Source: Candidatus Caldarchaeum sp.
GTDB taxonomy: Archaea; Thermoproteota; Nitrososphaeria_A; Caldarchaeales; Caldarchaeaceae
Assembly: GCA_038831915.1 (NCBI GenBank)
Contig: JAWBKB010000005.1
Location: forward strand, 26,250-90,249
Length of the DNA: 64,000 nt
Direction of reading: 5' to 3'
The translations under genes were made by a program, and so were the position numbers. The notes below the pieces were generated by a model. That model was not told where the DNA came from, made no database searches, and saw only the letters and a program-made list of their open reading frames with translations. Of this stretch, positions 59,978 through 64,000 are shown in pieces; position 1 is the first letter of the stretch, and the number at the start of each line of letters is the position of its first letter.

Positions 59978-61325
59978 GATGTTCACCTTGGAAGGTTGTT
60001 GGCTGAGGCCCTGTCCGTCCGCTAATTTCGCCGCACAAGTTCTTCTGCATCAAACCGCGGACATCTTCCAGACTGGCTTTTTCACCCAAAACACCCAAAA
60101 CCCACATCAGTTTCACGAGAGCCGTTTCAGACAGCATGTTGTCCAGCGGCGTCACGCCGGCCCGCATCAAATCACGCCCGTTTTCATAAACATTCATGTT
60201 GACACGGCCAAATCTACACTGGCTTGTCATACCGACAAAAACACCCTCTTCATCGAGCTTCTTCAACACGGGGATGAAAGACGACGCGACATGTCCCAGT
60301 CCTGTACCTTCGAGGATAATTCCGCGTAGACGGAATTTCTCCACGAGGATTTCAACTGCTTCAGGATTCATTCCGGGGTAGAATTTGATGAGCATAGCGC
60401 GGTCGTCGAAGACAGTTCGGAAAGCGTAGTTTTCCCAGCCGCGTCGATGATATTCGTCTGTCAAAGTTTTCAGTCCTGCTGGTGTTTTAACTGCGAGCGG
60501 AGCTGCGTTGATTGATTGAAATGCTCCGCGGCTGCTTGTGTGAAATTTGACCACCCGTGTCCCGCGGTGGATGTAGATGTCTTCGTCGGAATGCCAGCCG
60601 TGCATGCATACAACCACTTCGGCGAACGGTGCTTTCGCAGCGACATAGACCGCGGCCGTCAAATTTGTCGCCGCGTCGCTCGAAGGCCTGTCGGAAGACC
60701 TTTGAGCACCCACCAGCACAACTGGAACAGGAGGGTTCAGCAGAGCAAAGCTCAGCGCCGCCGCCGTGTAACCCATGGTGTCGGTTCCATGAGTTATCAC
60801 GACGCCGTCAACCCCTTCCTCGAAAAGCTGGTTTACTCTCGAAGCCATCAACACCCATTCCCTGAATGTCATGTTTTCGCTTACGACTTGCATGAGAATT
60901 TCCGCGGAAACGTTGGCGATTTCAGCTATTTCGGGAAAGATGCTGACGAGGTCGGATGCTGTCAAAGCGGGTTTGACCCCTCCTGTGCGGTAGTCTATGC
61001 GGCTTGCGATTGTTCCGCCTGTGTTGACGACGGCGACTTTGGGAAGATTTTCCCTTGGAGGCGGTGGAGGTGGTGGGTTGAAAGCCGGAACGACGGCTGA
61101 CGCGAGTTTAGATATCTTAGTAGTTTGGTCGATTCTCACGCCGATGTTGTATCCGTTGCCCAGCTTCAAAACGAGAACACCGGGTTCTCCGAATTCATAA
61201 CGCACCATCACAAACCCGCGAATGCTGAACCCCGGCTTTTCCACCAAAACCTCATCCCCGACACCGACGCCGAGCCTGTCCAACAACTCGCCGACAACTC
61301 CTGAGTAACCGTGTTTGACCGACAT
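59967..61325 (-). CDS. gatD: Glu-tRNA(Gln) amidotransferase subunit D
   Basis: KLGNGYNIG, TGGTIASRIDYRTG, HGTDT, QRSSDRPSSD, GTGLGH; ATG 61325. Confidence 0.96.
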   Translation of the reverse strand: MSVKHGYSGVVGELLDRLGVGVGDEVLVEKPGFSIRGFVMVRYEFGEPGVLVLKLGNGYNIGVRIDQTTKISKLASAVVPAFNPPPPPPPRENLPKVAVVNTGGTIASRIDYRTGGVKPALTASDLVSIFPEIAEIANVSAEILMQVVSENMTFREWVLMASRVNQLFEEGVDGVVITHGTDTMGYTAAALSFALLNPPVPVVLVGAQRSSDRPSSDAATNLTAAVYVAAKAPFAEVVVCMHGWHSDEDIYIHRGTRVVKFHTSSRGAFQSINAAPLAVKTPAGLKTLTDEYHRRGWENYAFRTVFDDRAMLIKFYPGMNPEAVEILVEKFRLRGIILEGTGLGHVASSFIPVLKKLDEEGVFVGMTSQCRFGRVNMNVYENGRDLMRAGVTPLDNMLSETALVKLMWVLGVLGEKASLEDVRGLMQKNLCGEISGRTGPQPTTFQGEHHGL

Positions 61326-61362
61326 CTGGCTGAAACAACACAACGCAGGATATAAAGAAGCG

Positions 61363-61659
61363 TTAGGAAACGGGTCTAATTCGTTCAACAAGCTGGAGAA
61401 GCGCCTGTGTAACGGGGTTTTCATGGTTCAGCATAATCATGTTGACTGAAGGCAGTTTCCGAAGAAGGATTATTCCGAGTTTTTCATAGTTGTCTATCAC
61501 GATGCCGACTGTGGACGGAGCAACGCCTGTGACACGCGCGAGATACCGTAGGCTAAAGGCTTTGCCGGGGTTTTCCAGTAGAAATTGAAGAACTTTGGCA
61601 TGAGCGCGTGATGCGAAAACTTCGTCCAGCTTCAACCCATCAACGGACGAATACACCAA
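61363..61659 (-). CDS. Winged-helix DNA-binding protein
   Basis: FASRAHAKVLQFL..SLRYLARVTGVAPSTV HTH and LNHENP wing. Confidence 0.7.
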   Translation of the reverse strand: MVYSSVDGLKLDEVFASRAHAKVLQFLLENPGKAFSLRYLARVTGVAPSTVGIVIDNYEKLGIILLRKLPSVNMIMLNHENPVTQALLQLVERIRPVS

Positions 61660-61996
61660 CCGTTCGAACTCGGCTGCGATAATACATATGTCGGTCCTTC
61701 ACTGCTCTCAACTGGTAGTGTGACCGCATGCGAAAGAGATATCGAACACAGGTGTGACAAGGTTTCGGCTGTAAATCTACCGAGTCGTAATGACACCCCA
61801 AGCTCTTTGCGGCTAATTTTTCAAGAATCGCGAATACATCGCTTCTGAGGTTATGCCCTTTCCCGTTATGGTAGAGCCCCAACTCCATATGTGGGGAAAA
61901 GACGTTTACCAATCCATCTCTAACGCTCGAAGTCGCCGTTATCCTCTCAACCATAGAACTTGTGTTAAGAACAATGGTCTCCGAGTAGCATTTCAC
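61640..61996 (-). pseudogene. Degraded YjbQ/UPF0047 family gene
   Basis: GLVNVFSPH, LEKLA, CH motif; VTLPV and IIAAEF occur in shifted frames. Confidence 0.6.
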
Positions 61997-62199
61997 GTCT
62001 AGTGTTTTTTCAAACCTCTAATAAATAATTTGCCATATCGAGTAGAACATAACCTTTTTTGTGAAAACTTTGCTGGAGGCCTCTGTGTCTCGGACAATAA
62101 TCAAATCTATTAAGTTGTTCTAGACACGCCTCGCCGGTCTAATCACGACTAGGTCGTGATGAAGGCCAACGTTTTCCTTTATGAAAAGAGCTTTGACAT

Positions 62200-62553
62200 G
62201 TTTCAAGCCTCTCTGTTTATATTTTTCATCATAGATCTTCGCAAACTCTAATACGCGCCTAAGCTTTCGCTGTTGAAGTTCCATCGCTTAGCTAGTTAGC
62301 AAGCCTGGCCATTCCCTTTTTCTTCCGCCAACCCAGATTGGTGTTTTGGAATGCAGCTTGTTGTACTCAGCTCTAGACAATCTGCAATACTTGTTGTTAT
62401 AATCCACCATGTGCTTCCCAGGCAATAGCGGGCGGACAACCTAGATGCATTCACGAGATTTCTCAAAGATTACCCCATAGGAACAATATTCCATGCTCAA
62501 AGTACGCATGTCTGCTTAGCCACTCCCAAGCCAAGCTGAATATTTCCACCGCT
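62200..62553 (-). pseudogene. Degraded LLM-class oxidoreductase
   Basis: SGGNIQLGLG, YNNKYCRL, PIWVGG and WN fragments broken by stops and frameshifts; boundaries approximate. Confidence 0.6.
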
Positions 62554-62706
62554 CCACTACTTCTTTTGGTGGACGCCACTACTTCTTTTAGTGTTGCAGA
62601 CGTTCTACAAAACCATAACAAGACATTGTCCACGACAAATCACGACCTAAGCAAATCTTCAAAATGCAGTAGAAGCAAATGGTTTTTTCTCGCAATGGTT
62701 GACAAA

Positions 62707-63645
62707 CTAGATGAGCGTAGCCAAAATAGCCGCTTCGGTCCAAAGTCTATTTTCGGCTTGGTCGAAAACCACTGACCACTTTCCTTCGATGACATCATCT
62801 GTCACCTCGTTGTTCCTATAGGCTGGCAGGCAGTGCATGAAAATTGCATTTTCTTTGGCAATATTCATTATTTCCGGAGTCACCGTGAAGCCAGCAAAGT
62901 CGTGTTTCCTTTTCTCCTTCGTTTCTTCCGGTTTGCCCATGCTCCACCATGTGTTAGCGTAAACTACATCAGCTCCCTTTACAGCACTTCTGAGGTCATG
63001 GATTATCTCAAGTCTCGTACCTCGTCTAGCTGCCTCTCTTTCCCCAAATTTCCATATTTCTTCTAGCGGTTCATATCCTGTTGGACAGGCTAAGACTAGG
63101 TCCATGCCAAAAACTGGTGCAGTTGCAATCAAAGAATGTGCCACATTCCAGATATCCCCAGTATAAACAATCTTCAATCCATCGAGTTTCCCGAACTGCT
63201 CTTTTATTGTCATTAGGTCTGCCAACACTTGACATGGATGCTCTTCATCAGATAGAGCATTGATCACTGGATTTTTCATGTATTTCGCATATTCAACTAT
63301 TTCATCCTGACCAAAGGTTCGAATAACTAAGCCATCATAATACCTATCAATAACCCGTGCCGTGTCCTTAACGGGCTCGCCTCTCTGAAGTTGGAGTTCA
63401 TCGGGTCTCATATACACAGAAAAACCACCAAGTCTGAATATTGCTATCTGAAAGGAGTTACGGGTTCTCGTAGAAGGTTTTTTGAACAAAAGAGCGATAG
63501 ACTTCCCATTCAGAGGTTTTGAGTGAATCCCAGCGTACCATGACTTTTTAAGGTCCGCGGCTATCTGAATAAGATATTCGAGTTCTTGCCTGTTGTAATC
63601 ACGCGTCGTAATGTAATCTCTTCCCCGAAGATTGAAGAGCGCCAT
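62707..63645 (-). CDS. Ornithine carbamoyltransferase-like transcarbamylase
   Basis: STRT, GEPVKDTARV, HPCQVLAD, SMG, HCLP, QAENR; non-canonical substrate loops. Confidence 0.85.
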   Translation of the reverse strand: MALFNLRGRDYITTRDYNRQELEYLIQIAADLKKSWYAGIHSKPLNGKSIALLFKKPSTRTRNSFQIAIFRLGGFSVYMRPDELQLQRGEPVKDTARVIDRYYDGLVIRTFGQDEIVEYAKYMKNPVINALSDEEHPCQVLADLMTIKEQFGKLDGLKIVYTGDIWNVAHSLIATAPVFGMDLVLACPTGYEPLEEIWKFGEREAARRGTRLEIIHDLRSAVKGADVVYANTWWSMGKPEETKEKRKHDFAGFTVTPEIMNIAKENAIFMHCLPAYRNNEVTDDVIEGKWSVVFDQAENRLWTEAAILATLI

Positions 63646-63695
63646 TGTTTTATCCACTGCTTAAACTTGTACAAAAATTTTACTAGCCAAAGGAC

Positions 63696-64000
63696 GGGAC
63701 TGTCAACTTAAGGTCTATGGCCTGGGCTTTGCCATTAGTTGTGGGTGAATGGAATTAGGGTCGGCCTGGGCCGTCTTATAGGTTTCTTCGGTGATAGAAA
63801 TGTCTCTCCCCGTCTCAGGACGCCTCCGTGGGTTCTGGGCTTTAGGAGGAAAGTAGAGACGTTCGGCAGGAGGAGGCACTGTCAACTTTTACTTAAGTCT
63901 TTTGGAAAGGGGAAAGGCCTATGGCCTGAGGTGTAGCTCTCCCATTCATGCATGTCTTCGATTATATCGTTGGTTGTATGTCTAGGCTCTTCAGGTTCCA
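63696..64000 (-). mobile_element. Two tandem degenerate IS ends (IS6-family-like)
   Basis: GGGACTGTCAACTT at 63696 and GGCACTGTCAACTT at 63875, each followed by GG(T/C)CTATGGCCTG; minus-strand fragments YNRRH..NGRATPQAIG and NGKAQAID resemble DDE transposase C-termini. Confidence 0.6.

Overview
Archaeal chromosomal segment. The gene content (crenactin plus an arcadin-2-like gene, RadA, GatDE, FEN1, CDC48, S19e/S17e/L10e, Rpo12, two PurP paralogues) points to a TACK archaeon, most likely Caldarchaeales/Aigarchaeota (inference). The dense housekeeping core (about 4.7-61.6 kb) is bracketed by two foreign-looking, decaying edges. The left edge is an ECF transporter/ribokinase island with a nuclease pseudogene at the 3' end of tRNA-Ala(TGC). 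The right edge holds YjbQ and LLM pseudogenes, an atypical transcarbamylase and two IS6-like ends. Most notable observations: (i) a HerA-like ATPase and a NurA-like nuclease, with no mre11/rad50 in the window, each tightly coupled to subunits of a peptide-type ABC importer that encloses an Asp-box propeller and other surface proteins; (ii) an attenuator-like leader with a Leu-rich uORF ahead of leuA-ilvBNC; (iii) an orphan tRNA-Ala 3' half; (iv) a 61/62-nt identical tract between the two CDC48 AAA domains; (v) a probable CTG start for S17e; (vi) an unannotated 36-aa MCHC protein; (vii) palindromes flanking an ArsR gene. No CRISPR array or rRNA was seen. All product calls come from motif recognition by eye, not database searches.
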